Positions 36,863 through 49,922 of a stretch of 63,877 bases of DNA are shown one piece after another (the stretch's first letter is position 1; each line of letters opens with the position of its first letter). The position numbers and the translations under genes are program-made. Below the pieces are notes generated by a model. That model was not told the origin of the DNA. It made no database searches and saw only the letters and a program-made list of their open reading frames with translations. Source of the DNA: Schmidtea polychroa (taxonomy: Eukaryota); contig CM097886.1 in assembly GCA_044892525.1 (NCBI GenBank), positions 126,666,124 through 126,730,000 on the forward strand, written 5' to 3'.

Positions 36863-38673
36863 TTATTTCTTCAATGACTTTCTTCTTTTGTCGACTACTT
36901 TCCTCTTCTGTTTGAGATTTTCAGCGGTTGCCTTTTCTCTCTTTTCTGCATACTTCATCTTGTTGTACAGGTTCAGTCTCTTTCTTGGTAAATTCATTTC
37001 CTTTAATTTGATTTCTTTATTCGCTTGTATTTTGGCTTTATGTTCAGCTTCGCTAATTCTCACCGGCTTCTTGTTTTTAACAATTGGCTGCACCTCGACC
37101 TCCATTTCATTATCATCATCTAAATCTTCCTTCTCATCTAGGTCTTGCTCCTCAGCTAGGTCTTCCTCCTCATCTAGATAGTCTTCATCATCCTTCTCAA
37201 TTTCTTCTACAACCTCACAACTATCTTCCTCATCTTCAACCTCACCACTATCGTCCTCATCTCCATACAACTGATCCGCTCCAATCTCACCTTTGAGATA
37301 GCGATATTCGGGAGGCACATAGCCCTTAGTATAATCGGCGAATGGTGACAGATGGGGTATAAGCTTCATGCCCGGCATGTAATCTCTTACTGGTAGGAGA
37401 CGGCCAGCGTTGATCGAGTCGCATACAAATTGTGGTTGCACGTAGAATCTTGTTACTTGTGTGTCGGCTAGATCGAGTGGTCTATCGAGCACATGATATT
37501 GGATACTTGCGTCATCACTATCAAAAGTTGCACCAGTGGCAGCCGCACGATCCCATGACACTTCTGTTGCTCCACAGCATCTCAGTAAGAAGCAGAAGAG
37601 TTCCCTAGGAATCTCTCGGTTCAAGAAGATTTTCTTGTCTCGAAACAACGATTGGATGGCGGCGATTCTATCCTGCTTTTCAACCATATCGGCCAACTGC
37701 TCGTCAATGTTCCGGAACTGGGACAATGCTGATTGACTAGCATCATCCATGTTAACAGATTCCGTCGTTACCATTGGGAACGACAAGGACGCCAATATAT
37801 CGTTCTCATTCCAATCGTTCGTCTCATCGACGGCGAATTTAGGGGGATAAACGAGTCCGGATTCTGTGTAAAGATTGAGCAACAAGCTCTCCAATAACAC
37901 GCAATCGAATTCCACTTGGTTGGCCATAATGCGGTAATCTGAACTGACAGGTATACTCATGGCCACGTGCTGATGGGGAACCACCCAACGCACTGGGATA
38001 TCACAGATTTCAACCTCCAGATAATATCCCTTGATGCTGACAAAGCATTTTCTAAGCGCTTGCTTAGCGATGCAATAATTCATGAATTCCAATTTCAATC
38101 GCTTGCATTTCATGATATAAGCCCCATTGAATTGAGTCATTTTCGGTAAAGAAGCAAAAATGAAAATTGATTTCAAACAATCATCGAGATGGTTTAGTGC
38201 ATCTTCCTTGCTAGGATATAATTCCTTCACAATATGATGTAGAGTATGTCTTGGCTTGGATTTTCTCAATCGGTAAACTTTGTCTTTATCTTTTCTCTCT
38301 TTCGCGCGCTTCAGTTGAACATTATATGCTCGCATTTCTCGCAACTTTCCTACAATCGGTTCATGGAGTAGTAATTTTATATCTTTCCTTTTATAGTAGA
38401 TTTTCGGCCTAGTATCCCCTTTACCAGCGGCTTTTATATTGTTCGGTTCAGATGGATAAATACCTTTCCATAAACAGAGACGGCTGAATGTAGTATATAA
38501 AATTCGATATTAATAAGCAAAAATTACATAAAATTAGGCAGGCCGATTTGCAAATATCTCAAAGCTTGTTTTCTGGAATAATATTGAACTGCTTCACCCT
38601 TTTTTCCCTAAATTTTTTGATTATATCAATTTCATTAAAAAATTTGACATGCTTTTTCTTGCTTTCGTCCCAT
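36863..38673 (-). CDS. PES1: Pescadillo homolog (exons 38653-38673, 38528-38607, 36863-38483; 573 aa)
   Basis: MGRKQEKGKKGEAVQYYSRKQAL...RLCLWKGIYP...LLHEPIV; YPSKEDALNHLDDCL; VSIKGYY; BRCT region FLNREIPRE...VQPQFVCDSIN; PHLSPF; acidic C-terminal tract. Confidence 0.95.
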
Positions 38674-40403
38674 CACACTTGAAAATTTTAAATTTATGAA
38701 TATTTAAACAATCTTTCATTAAATCATAATATTAATTTTGCACGTTAAAAATTAATATTACATTTTTTAATTTGATTTTGTTTATTCAAAACAGCATGAA
38801 TTTATCAATAAGTTTTCAAATTTATCTTTTCTAACACCAATTGATCATTAAAAATAAATTTAAACACAAAAATGTTAATTATTTAGTTATATTATCGCTG
38901 TTTGCATATGAAATATATTAAGAAAATGATTTGATTAGAAATCCTTTTTTAATAAAATGACAATAAACTTCCGAGTAGCTAAACTCTGAAAATATTAAAG
39001 TTTCTTAGATTATTCTATAAAACATTTAATACGTCAAGTCTTAATTTTATACAGAAAGTTCGAATACTAGTAGAAAATTTTCCTGTCTGATTTCAATACA
39101 AATTTCGCCTAGACCAAAATTTTATCCCAGTTATTAAAAAATGTTGTTAGATTACCTGAGAGGCTTGTCCATACATTTGTCCAATTCCAGTATTATAGGA
39201 TGGGCCCGAAAAAATACTGGCTAAACATTTTTGAGGCGAAGTAGTAAAAATATTAAATTGATTAAATTAGCATGTGTTAAATTAATATAAATACTGATGT
39301 AAAAATTAGTATTGTTAAGGTTTTAAAAGTAAATTATTAAATTATATAGTTCAGATTAAAAGGAAAGCCGAAATTGAATGGCGGTAAAGCAGAGAAGCAA
39401 TGGCAAAGAAAGATATGATAAAAATAGAACACAAAAGGGTACAATCAGACATGAAATTGGAAAATGCGCAAACCTGAGGAAGTGGAATAAAGTGAAAAGT
39501 TATCGAAATTGAAGCTGGAAAACGGGAGAGGGGTAGATTAGGGGATGGTGAAAAAAACAGCGAGCAAGAAATTGTTAGAAAATGTGTAGAAAGGGTCGTA
39601 AAACAGACAGATGTGGAAAAACGTAAAATATTAATTAATTAACTAATTGGCTAATGGGAAATCCGAGCTAAGTGGAAGCCCGAGCCAATGGAGAACCCGA
39701 GCGATGAAGAAAACCCGAGCACGGCAATTTGGAAGGGTAAACAAACGAGGAATTCAGAGGGCAATTATCCAAAAAACCGGATAAACGAGGGTAAACAAAA
39801 GAAGGGGAATTACGAAGGGGGTCAACAGAAATAGCCAATTAGGGAATGATAACTAAAGAAGTCAAAACCAATTAGGTCAAAAATGGGGCAATTACAACGA
39901 TTATGGGAGTATATAAGGAAACTCAACATTCACATAATGGGCAATAGCCTTAGGTAGGGAAGAAGAAACCGACATTAAGAGTTAAAGGAATAGAATAGAA
40001 GAAGAAAAGAAATATAGGAAAACTGAAGAGTTAGACAAGGAGCGTCAAAGGAGATTAGATCAGAGAGTGGAACTAAATCAAAAGGTGAAACTTAATTTTT
40101 AATCGTACGAGGTTGAGACCTTCCAGAGTGGAGTCCGATCTGAAATTGTGTGAGAATTGTGATTAACCAACAGTGTGATTAATTGTTGAGAGTTGTGAAT
40201 TGTTATAAACCAAATATACGTTGGGAGTTTGCGTTTATTGATTTTGGAACACGAGGAGTCAGAGTAACCAACGGTTGATTTTGATATCACAAAACCCAAC
40301 AGTATATTCGTCCAAAAATCAGTACCTATTAAAGACTGCTTTTTAAAGTTAATCTGGAAGAGGTATTAATATAGAACAAACAAAACGTTCAACAAGTTTC
40401 TTT

Positions 40404-40576
40404 TTAGGTTTTCATTGAGCGAGTGTCTATATAAATTTATTCTGTAGAAACTATCCATGTCTCATTGACTGATAACGCTTTTTGTAGCTACATGTTTTTT
40501 GTATACCTTTGCTACCTTTCCACTCAAATCTGCTGTATTTTTCTGGCCGTTCAGATGATGCGCTTGCACCGATTGA
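40404..40576 (+). repeat. 173-bp inverted copy of 36096-36268 (intron and exon piece of the GPCR-like gene)
   Basis: ttaggttttcattgagcgagtgtct...gcgcttgcaccgattga is the reverse complement of 36096-36268 with a few substitutions. Confidence 0.9.
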
Positions 40577-40701
40577 TAAAAATTACTCGCCCTACATAGC
40601 AAATAAGAAAAATATAGAAACCACCTGAATTGATAGAAAGGAATCAACTGAAAGTTATGAATAGGTCGTACCGAGGACCATATCAAATGTAAGTTCTAGG
40701 G

Positions 40702-41212
40702 TAAGGTGACCAGACGTCCCGCTATTGGCCGGACAGTCCGGATTTTTCAACTTTTTCCCCACGTTCCGCAACGTGTTTCAATAAATATTATTTGTTTAAT
40801 TAGCTTCCTAGCACCAGTATGAACACAAAGTGTATCATCCGAGAAACAAATACAATGTAACTGGGTAAGAAAAGCAATATGTTAGTCTTAGTAGTCCGTA
40901 GGATTCTTAGAATGCAAAACAATGATTTTCATAAATATAAAATTTTAAGTGTCAAATATAATTTGACAAATGCTTGTGAAGATTTTTACAATATTTTAAA
41001 AAATGACAACAATCTACGGAAACAAATTCGTTGAAATAAAAAATATGTCAAGGAATAAAATATTATACAATTTTTTATATTTATAATTTGTACTTATGTT
41101 AAAAAAATCAAAAAATATTACCATATTATTTTTATTCTATATGAAAATTTTTGTTGATACCCCCTCTTTCAAAGTTTTCCCGCTTTGCCCATCTAAAAAT
41201 CTGGTCACCTTA
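40702..41212. mobile_element. hAT MITE (Blackjack-like TIR), 511 bp
   Basis: TIR TAAGGTGACCAGA / TCTGGTCACCTTA; perfect 8-bp TSD TTCTAGGG (40694-40701 and 41213-41220). Confidence 0.92.
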
Positions 41213-41789
41213 TTCTAGGGAGAAGCAGAAGTGATTCGTTGTCAGAGGACAACATGATAATTAGAACTAACTCGATGTATACCCATGTTGATACTGTGGC
41301 TAAATGTAGGTAGACAGGTGAGCTTTATTGCCAAGACTACTCTCTGCTTGACATCCGTCAGAGATTCTAGACGGCCGATAGAAGGTCTTACGTCTTTCGA
41401 GTGTTGATTTCTGGCAATTAACGATGGATTTACGAATTGGTGACTTTTGAAACTTAGTCAAGCGTCGGGCTGTTGGTCATAAAGATTATTAGTATCAAAA
41501 TGGTGTATGAAGGTAACGGAATTCAATTTATGCAATTAAAATAACTCAAATAAATTACTAGTTTAAACTATTAATTATATTATACAAAAAAAATTGACAT
41601 TTTTCCCATTTGATTATTGCTGCAGCATCAGCAAAGAGGTCTAAATCGTCTAAATTGAAAAGGACCTCGTCATCCATGTCGATCGCAAAGAAGATATCAC
41701 ATGGAATATGAATCTGTTGTTGTTGTTACACAGCGACCACTTCTTCTTGTAACTGCCGTTTGCCATTCCGTTGCGATCTACAGAAATGA

Positions 41790-44700
41790 TTTCCACGTTT
41801 ATATTTTATTGTGGTAATTCGTCGTTAATCAAAATACACTCAATTCTGAGAGTAATAGAAGTGACACGGGAAAATTGTTTGGCAGCGTTCGAAACAGCAG
41901 AACAGAAAATAAATTCGAAAATAAATTTGAAAGCTAAATTAAACTATAAAATATGCGAAACGATAGCAATTAAATGAGCAATCAAGGCGAATGGCGATTG
42001 TGAAGGGGAAGTATATAAAGTGAGACAAACGGTTTATGACAAAACTGTTGTAATAAAAGAGTATGAAACAGAGTTAAAGCATTTTGATGGATCATTCGAT
42101 GACGACACGGGAAAGCATCCATTTGCATCCATTTTGCAGCATGAGAGAAACAAGCTGTAATACCAGCGATTCAATTCTGGTATACGAGGATGATAACAAA
42201 AAGGTGCAATTTGCCACATCTAAAATCGATGTCTTTTAAAGAGATAAGGGAGAGCAGATTCAGGAGAAACCAGAAAGTACAGTGCTAAACTCAATAATGA
42301 ATATGACAATCAGAGTTATATCGGTAGGCGTGAATGAAACGTCAATGGTGGTAATGGCAACATCCCTAAATGATGGGATGAGATTCCTGAGGAAAGGCAT
42401 AAATACTAAATGTGGGCAAGCTGTTTTTGAGACGAATTACAAAAAATTATTTATCAAAGAAAATCGTCGAAGGGGCTCAAACAAAGTTGTACTCAGATGA
42501 ACTTAAATTAACAAATTATTTCAATAACAAGATTGACTATTTATTTAATTTCAGCCAAAATACAATCGAAGGGGTGTACCGGGAAATCATATTGAATGAC
42601 TGTAAATTGAACAAGAAAATTCTACGAATCCGAATCTGGTTGCTCCAATATTGATATCTGAAAATGGAATGTTCGCGCAAATTCTTGGTGTATAGCTACA
42701 AATGGAAAGGTGTACCTATTAAGTTGATGAGATATAAACAATGTGCAAACGAACTGTAAGTGAATTTTAATGGGAAACTGCGTACCAGTAACACAAATTT
42801 TATTGGAAGAGGACGTGAAGATTAGTGTTGCAATGCAATAGATTATTGGCTACACTATACTGATTGACGCCCGAATCATGGATTGCACTACCCGATCACA
42901 GATGGGTGAAAGTTCCAGAAAAATTGGATTTGACAAAATTGGAATATTTGATCCATTTTACATCGCTTGACAGCATGACTCAAAGTGGGATGTATTCAAG
43001 TGATGATATTGAAGCTACACGCAGAAACTTATTATTTCCCTCGAAAAAGGAAAGGGTAATAATGGAAGTGGTGGACACTATTCTCCCAAGTGGAACTGGG
43101 AACGTGAATTACGATTATCTATTAACGACAGATCATTACAAAAAGGCGACGTATAATACGATTAAAAAGATATGGGAAAAATTTATTTTTATCGGGCAAG
43201 ACTGTGCTGTATTAATCGGAATTTATGTAATTGGAATCATGATTAAAGTAATTATTTCACAGGAGTTATCAACACATAAATTATATACTATTACGGGTTT
43301 ATCTTGGAAATTGACTATTGAGTTTGTGCCAATGTTAGCTAAATATTTTATCACACATCACCAACATAAAGAGTTGGAAACTTTGAAAACTCGACTGATA
43401 AAAAGGAGAAAGGTACGTTACATTGATGTAACCACTACTTTCAATGATGACAAAACGACAATGGGAACATCGAAGAATCATCCCGTCGTACTTCAAAGAA
43501 CAAAAAAAACTGATGCGTTTTGAAATTATCAATTACTAAAAGAATCACTTTCAAATAAAAGCAATCAAGATACGTTCACTAGACTTTGTATACCAAAATC
43601 ATTTATCCAACCACTACCAGCGTATCCGGTCGATAAATTGAGAGAAATGAAACCAGTTGAGAACATTGCGCATATTGCATATTAATGTGAGAGAATCGAA
43701 CCGATAAGTGCAGAAATTTAAAGAAGAAACAGGCTAGGACTACCTGGTAATTATGTGCTAATGGTGTTGGCGAAGATTGGCAAACAACCATGAATAGTAA
43801 TTCAAATAAACAAAAACAGAGTTATCGATTATATCGAGTATTACAATTATATCAGAAGAGATACTGTAGGCAGAGGAAAAAAGACGAATCCGATAGTGTA
43901 ATCAGATCGTTATGCAGAAAGGTTGGAGAAATAGAAGTTAAACTGCTAATCAGTGACAGAAAAATTAGACATAACGTGCAAATTATGGAAAAAAATCCTT
44001 TATTGTGCTTGATTGTAATGGATGTGTTGGAACAGTTGGACAGAATCTTACTTGATTTTAAAACTGAAAATCTAATTGTGGGGAAAATAGGTGAAGTCAT
44101 TCGTAATTCAGGAGAAGTGTTTCTCAATAAAGCGTTAACTATCCCACCTCAAACAGAAGTGGTGTACTATGCAAGTGCGGCTAGTGTGAATGATGATGAA
44201 TTTATATTTGAACCTAGTCAAACGTTAATCGAGAAATACGAGACTCCAATGTGTGATGAAATCATAAAAGTCGAAAACCAATTATAACAAGTACGAATAG
44301 CGAATTATAGTGATAAATCAATTCGATTAAAGCCACAGTCAAGATTGGGCAAATTGTCTCACATGTCGGTGGAAACAGAAAAGAAAATTCCCAGGAACTT
44401 AAAGATTTACAAGGAACCTGAAATTGTGAGCACGGACCCAACCGAAAAACAAAGACAAGAATTTACAAAATTGTTGAGGAAATATCGAGATATTTTTGGG
44501 AAACATGAATATGATTTTGGGACTAACAAATATAATAGAACATGAAATCCCGTTGCTTTATGAAACCCCGATTAAAATAAAACCGTACAGAATCCCATAC
44601 ATCGTTCAAACCGAAAGTGATCAACAAAGCAAGGCGATGAAAGAATTTGGAATTATCAGAGACAGCTCCTCACCATTTTTGGCGTCTATTGTATTAGCCA

Positions 44701-46050
44701 AGAAAAAGGATTGAGATTTAAGATTTTGTGTTGATTATAGAAAACTGAATTAAGTAACACGAAAGGATACTAATCCAATCCTGTATCTCAAAAAATATTT
44801 GATCAGATGGGAGAAGCCCAATATTTTACGGTCATCTATTTAACTAAAGGCTATAATCAATTTAAAGTTAAGGAAGAAGATAGAAAGAAAACGGCATTGT
44901 CAGATGGTAAAGGTATATATGAATTCAATGTCCTGGCGTTTGGCTTGACGGGAACCCCAGCTACATAAGACATGCGTTAGTTTATATTGATGATATAATT
45001 ATTTTTTCAAATAGGTTTTACGAGCATCTCGATGATGTTAAAACAGTATCTGAGTGACTTAAAGGCGCAAAATTGAAAATTAAACCATTGAAATGTGAAT
45101 GGGGAAAATCCGAAGTAGTATATGTTGATCATATTATATCAAGAAGAGGTTTGCAAACCAATCCGGACAATATTTAAAAGGTGGAATCGTATCCAATTCC
45201 AAAGAATGCGGACGATGTGAGGAAATTTCTAGAATTAGCAGGATATTATAGAAAGTTTATAAAAGATTTCTTGCATATCGCGCAGCCGAAAAATAAAAAG
45301 TTTACATGGAGCAAAGCTCAACAAGAAGCTTTTGGCGCATTACAGTGAAAATTAATAATGGGACCCATTTGTGATGCCAAGATTTTACGAAATATTTCCT
45401 ATTAATGACTGATGCCAATAATATTGCATTGGGCACGGTGTTAGGTCAGCAAGTGGACGATGAGAAAGATCACGTAATAGCGTATGCAAGCAGATCTCTA
45501 AGGCCACATGAGAAAAATTATTCGACAATCGAAAAAGAAACATCGCTAGTTTAAAGTATTGCTACGTTTAGACAATACTTGCTGGAGCGAAAATTTGTTG
45601 TGCATACAGATCGCAATCCTCTTCTGTGGTTGATGAAGCATAGAGATTCAACTAGTAAATTAATCAAATGGTCACTTGCTCTTTTTGATTTTGAAATTAA
45701 ATATAGAGGAGGGAAAGTGAATGCAAATGCCGAAGCAATGTCAAGAATTCGCAATGTGGGTAGTGGAAGGGAAGCTTGCACAAAAACAATGGAAGGCACG
45801 ATATTTGCAGCAATCAAAGCAGCTAATAATATAACTAAATCACAAAGTGAACAGAGAGAGGATAAGCGACTTAAACAATTCTTTGAACATGCAATTATAG
45901 TCAAAAAAGAGAAAGACCTAAAGCAAGTAATAAGTGAAAATAGCAAATATATAATTCACGTAGGAATAAATAAATGCGTGAAAAACGACGAAATAATAAT
46001 CATAATCCATTAAAAACAGAGTGACTCGTTATTGATGCAATATCACGAAA
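41790..46050 (+). mobile_element. Decayed, diverged relative of the glycoprotein-bearing Gypsy element (glycoprotein, then PR, RT, RH)
   Basis: ANGDCEGEVY, FCSMRETSCNT, GMRFLRKG..KCGQAVFETNY, YFNNKIDY, GMYSSDDIEATRRNLLFP align with the 25.4-23.7 kb glycoprotein; then PR-like VMDVLEQL, CVDYRKLN, TDANNIALGTVL, FVVHTDRNPL; many stops and frameshifts. Confidence 0.9.
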
Positions 46051-46349
46051 TATCAAGCTCTCTTTTTAATAAATTCAATGGAAAAAATAATCAGTGGTGA
46101 AATTGGAATAAAAAGTTCTCATAATACAATCAACTAATCTATAAGTGTGACCACTGAGATTACGGTGACAAAGGAAATCTAAACATGTTATATTGCAAAA
46201 GCGTGGGGAACGTGCTGGAAAGTTGTGTCCATGAAGCGCTGTAACGACTGAGCTGCGTTTCTTAGGCCGAAAGGCATGAACATGTATTGGAAATGGGAAC
46301 ATCATCGATATGGACAAGAAACTGATGATATGCTTTTGAGAGGTCAATA

Positions 46350-48198
46350 GTTGAAAATATGGTGGATTGTGAAAATTTTTATTAAATATTTGATAAGTGG
46401 CATGGGGTATGCGTCGTGAACAGTGACTTGATTGAGTTTTCTTAGTGAACCGTTTTTTATTGTGACTACATGTATTGATGAGGCCAATGGTGATGAAGAA
46501 CGGGTATAATGACTAAATTTTCTAGACCAGTGAATTTGGCTTTGACTGCGTCGAGTTTGATGGGTGGGAAGGGTCTGGCTTGGTTGTATTGTGGTATGCA
46601 CGGTAATGTGTGAATATAATGAGTCAATATGGCTGTAGGTGGTATGGTATAAGATTTTGTGATGAAGTTTGGGTATGTGGTTGAGATTATCTAGATCATG
46701 CCGTGCATTGGCTCTGAATTAGGCGAGTGCTCAATATTAGACATATGTTTATTGCGTTCCATCGTGGCAGTAGATTGGATAGATCTGAGTTGGATCATTA
46801 GAGATACCTGTGTAAATATTGATCTTACGTTTGGTGATAAATTTGTGGATATTGTCTTTAGGTATCGGTTTATAGTGAAAAGTCGTCGATTTTTGCAGTC
46901 TACCATGAAGGATTGTTTGCTGAGGAAGTATTGGATGAATTGTGTCTGCTATGTGGAAGTTGTTAGTGAAAGTTGAGTTCAATGTCGGTAGAGTAAATGA
47001 GTTTTTTGTTCCCAAAAATTGAATCGATGTGCCGTTTAGTGCCAAGACGGTGAAAGGAGATTTGAGGTCTGGAGTTATAGTTGTTGGAAGGATCCAAAAT
47101 GATGATCCGGAGTGGACGAGGAAGTGAATTGATGAGGTGGAATTAATAGTTGCTTCAACGGTAAATATGTTGTTGATCGCAAAGGCGCCGCCTGAAAATC
47201 TAGGGTTCACAGACAGCGAAGTTAGTTTTTTTTGGGTAGAATTGGAGTAGTCTTTGTCGTATTGTTGTTTGTTTGAGCGATGGTTCACAAAAGTACAGTC
47301 TGAAAGGCATTTTTGTGCATGTGACCCGAAGAGATTGTGGGAATAACTCTTAAGATTGACGGACGATTTGGCCAAGAACATCTTATGTGACATGTTGTAG
47401 CGTCGGATGAAAATATTTTGTGAAAAAAACACCTCAGGGGTGGAAAAAGAACAACCTGTCAGTTCTTTGGAAGCATTAAGTTTGTCGAGGTGGGTTAATT
47501 ATCGCGTCGACAGCTTTTGTCAAGGAAGATATTTGTTGTTGAAGTGAAGGATGAGAAACGGATGAGATAAATGTGGATGTGATTTGAATAGGTGGTCTGT
47601 TGAACAGTTTATCTGCGAAAAGGATCGTCTCAATCGACGACGAGGAGTGAGGTTTGGACGTAATGTGGGAGCACGGTTAAAAAATAGTGACATAGGAGAA
47701 CAGTGTTCTTTGATAGACCGGTATGAGCGTTTTCTAGTTCTCGTACGAGCTTCGATAAAAATGATGATGGAGCTTGGCCTGCGTATGGAATGGGTTTTAA
47801 TAGTTTCCCTATTGCTCAAGTGTTTGTGGGTGAGTATTTGTTTGTATCACTGTGTTGATGGACTTGTATAGGTTTTCTGAGTCTAATGCGTCGGGTATTT
47901 GTGAACCTAATTCTGACATTATTTCGTCAGGTATCACCTCTAACAGGAGGTCTTGTCTTGATTTGGGGTTGGCGTTTGTGCGAGATTCAAAAATGCGAAA
48001 CCAAGACGACGCAGTGTCGTCTGAGTCTAAAAATATTAATTGGGTTCGACCGATGGATGTGGATGAGTGATGGTCGATGTTTATTTTGGCGCCTCCTCGT
48101 TTTCTGATAAAAAGTATGACTATTGACTGTTCTGGGGTTGAAAAAGGGTCGATGATGGGGAATCCGTTATTTAAGATGAAAAATTCGTTTTTGTCCAT
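46350..48198 (-). mobile_element. Degenerate Ty3/Gypsy remnant (CsRn1/Mag-like gag, PR, start of RT)
   Basis: SWFRIFESR gag motif; IHFLVHSGSSFWILP (D(S/T)G site mutated); SSSPLASSIHVVTIKNGSLR/KLNQVTVHDAYPMP. Confidence 0.8.
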
Positions 48199-48263
48199 TA
48201 AAAAATGTTTTACTAGATCTTTCGTAAAATCTGGGGTTACGCGAACTTGATAAAAAATGTTAT

Positions 48264-48414
48264 TGTGACGGACAGTGATGTTTTCCGTTTCCTTATTAAT
48301 TAAAGTTGGGTTTAGTATACATCAAAATTGGTCTCGCTAAAAAAATGCAATTCATCCTTTAAAAAGCAAAATCTTTGAATTTTAATCACCTATTGGTTCT
48401 TCCTCTTGCGTCAA
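48264..48414. repeat. ~150-bp direct repeat, copy 1 (possible LTR edge)
   Basis: Matches 51496-51649; identical core ttgggtttagtatacatcaaaattggtctcgctaaaaaaatgcaatt; both copies start TGT. Confidence 0.8.
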
Positions 48415-48860
48415 CTTTCAGTGTGAATTTGGAAAAAAACCTTATGGGCCTCTGGAGCAATGGTAAATCCTAGTAATTCGCTGGAGAAATAGGAAGGGGT
48501 ACTGCTCCAATTGGCCACTGCTTTAGAGGTCTATTTAACGACCTACTCAAGTATACTATTCAATATAAACAATAAAAGAACATAAAAGAACTTGACGAAA
48601 GTTCTAATCAACATAATAAAGGAGTCAATTGTATATTAAAATTATCTCAAAGAAATTTAACAATTTATTTATTGTATGAATTCGCAAATGTAGAGAATAT
48701 GAAGGTAAATAATGAAAAAAGAATAAACTCAAGCATTATTCAATAAAAACAATAAAAGATCATTAAAATAAGAATTTGATGAAATGTAAAATGTAAAAGG
48801 ATAATTTAGATAAAAATTTTAAATCAAAATTCATTTATGCCAATGTAAAATAACGGAGAA

Positions 48861-49581
48861 TTAGAGCGTTAAAATATTAACCAACAGTAGCAGCGCATTT
48901 AGAATTCGAAATTTTTGATTGGATGCCGTAGAAAAAGATTTACTTCCAGAAACTTGTGTTGTCGGTACTATAGAAACATGATATTTTAGGAGCATTATAT
49001 CAACCAATAACCCTCACTTGTAATACCAATGAAATCTTGTAGACCAATTACTCTTCTGGTTACGCAATTGTTAGTATACGTTCTTGTGAAAAATGGATAA
49101 GAAAGAGAATTATTAAATACACAAGGTGAAATACCATTACACCCCTCGCCCATATTATACGAACAATTACCACCTCTTTCTCCAGTTAGAATTCCGTAAT
49201 TCATAGTATATTTATATTGAATGCAAAATGTATTCTCACAAAACGGTTCAATTACCGTGAATGATGGAGAGCTGTTATAGAATTCTGTTAAATTTCGAAA
49301 ATTATCAGAACCACAAGCCATAATTCTTCTTGTTAACAAATATCCATCTGTTAGTTCATTGATTAGAGACCAATCAGATTTCTCAGTGCACCCGATGCAA
49401 TAATCTGAATTACAGAAGGATATCGGAATCTTATTCATACCATATTCTGCCCCGTTAAGGTAAAATGGTACTTGACAAAAGAGCAGGCTCCCGATGCGCA
49501 TGAAATATCATTTATTTCACTAACAATATCAATATTGACAACACATTGAAATAAAAGCCAAAATATAATAAAAATTATCAT
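48861..49581 (-). CDS. Putative secreted, GPI-anchored Cys-rich protein; 5' structure unresolved
   Basis: Signal-like MIIFIIFWLLFQCVVN at 49581; Cys-rich ORF 48995-49501; a 44-bp GT-AG intron (48968-49011) joins VPTTQVSGS...RILNALLLLVNILTL*. The signal-peptide frame differs from the Cys-rich frame and no clean intron reconciles them. Confidence 0.5.
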
Positions 49582-49922
49582 TATAAATCAAAATAATAAT
49601 TTATTTCTAATGCAGTTGACATTAAATAGTTATATTTACTTACTTTTGCATAGGAGCTTCATTCAATTATGGCAAAGCAATATTCAATGATTTATTTATG
49701 CAAATTGTGTCAATTTATTGTGTAATTTTCATTTAAAAGTAATGTGAATGTATATATAGTGGTGAATGAGTGATTATGGGATAAGGCTTAATTAAAATCA
49801 CCAAATGAAAAATTTTATTAAAACTTTTAATTTTGATCGGTAACATGGCATTTTTATTTTAATGTTATCTGAAAATCGGCTTTCCTAAATCGAACGATGC
49901 ATAATTTGTCTAATTTCGACTA

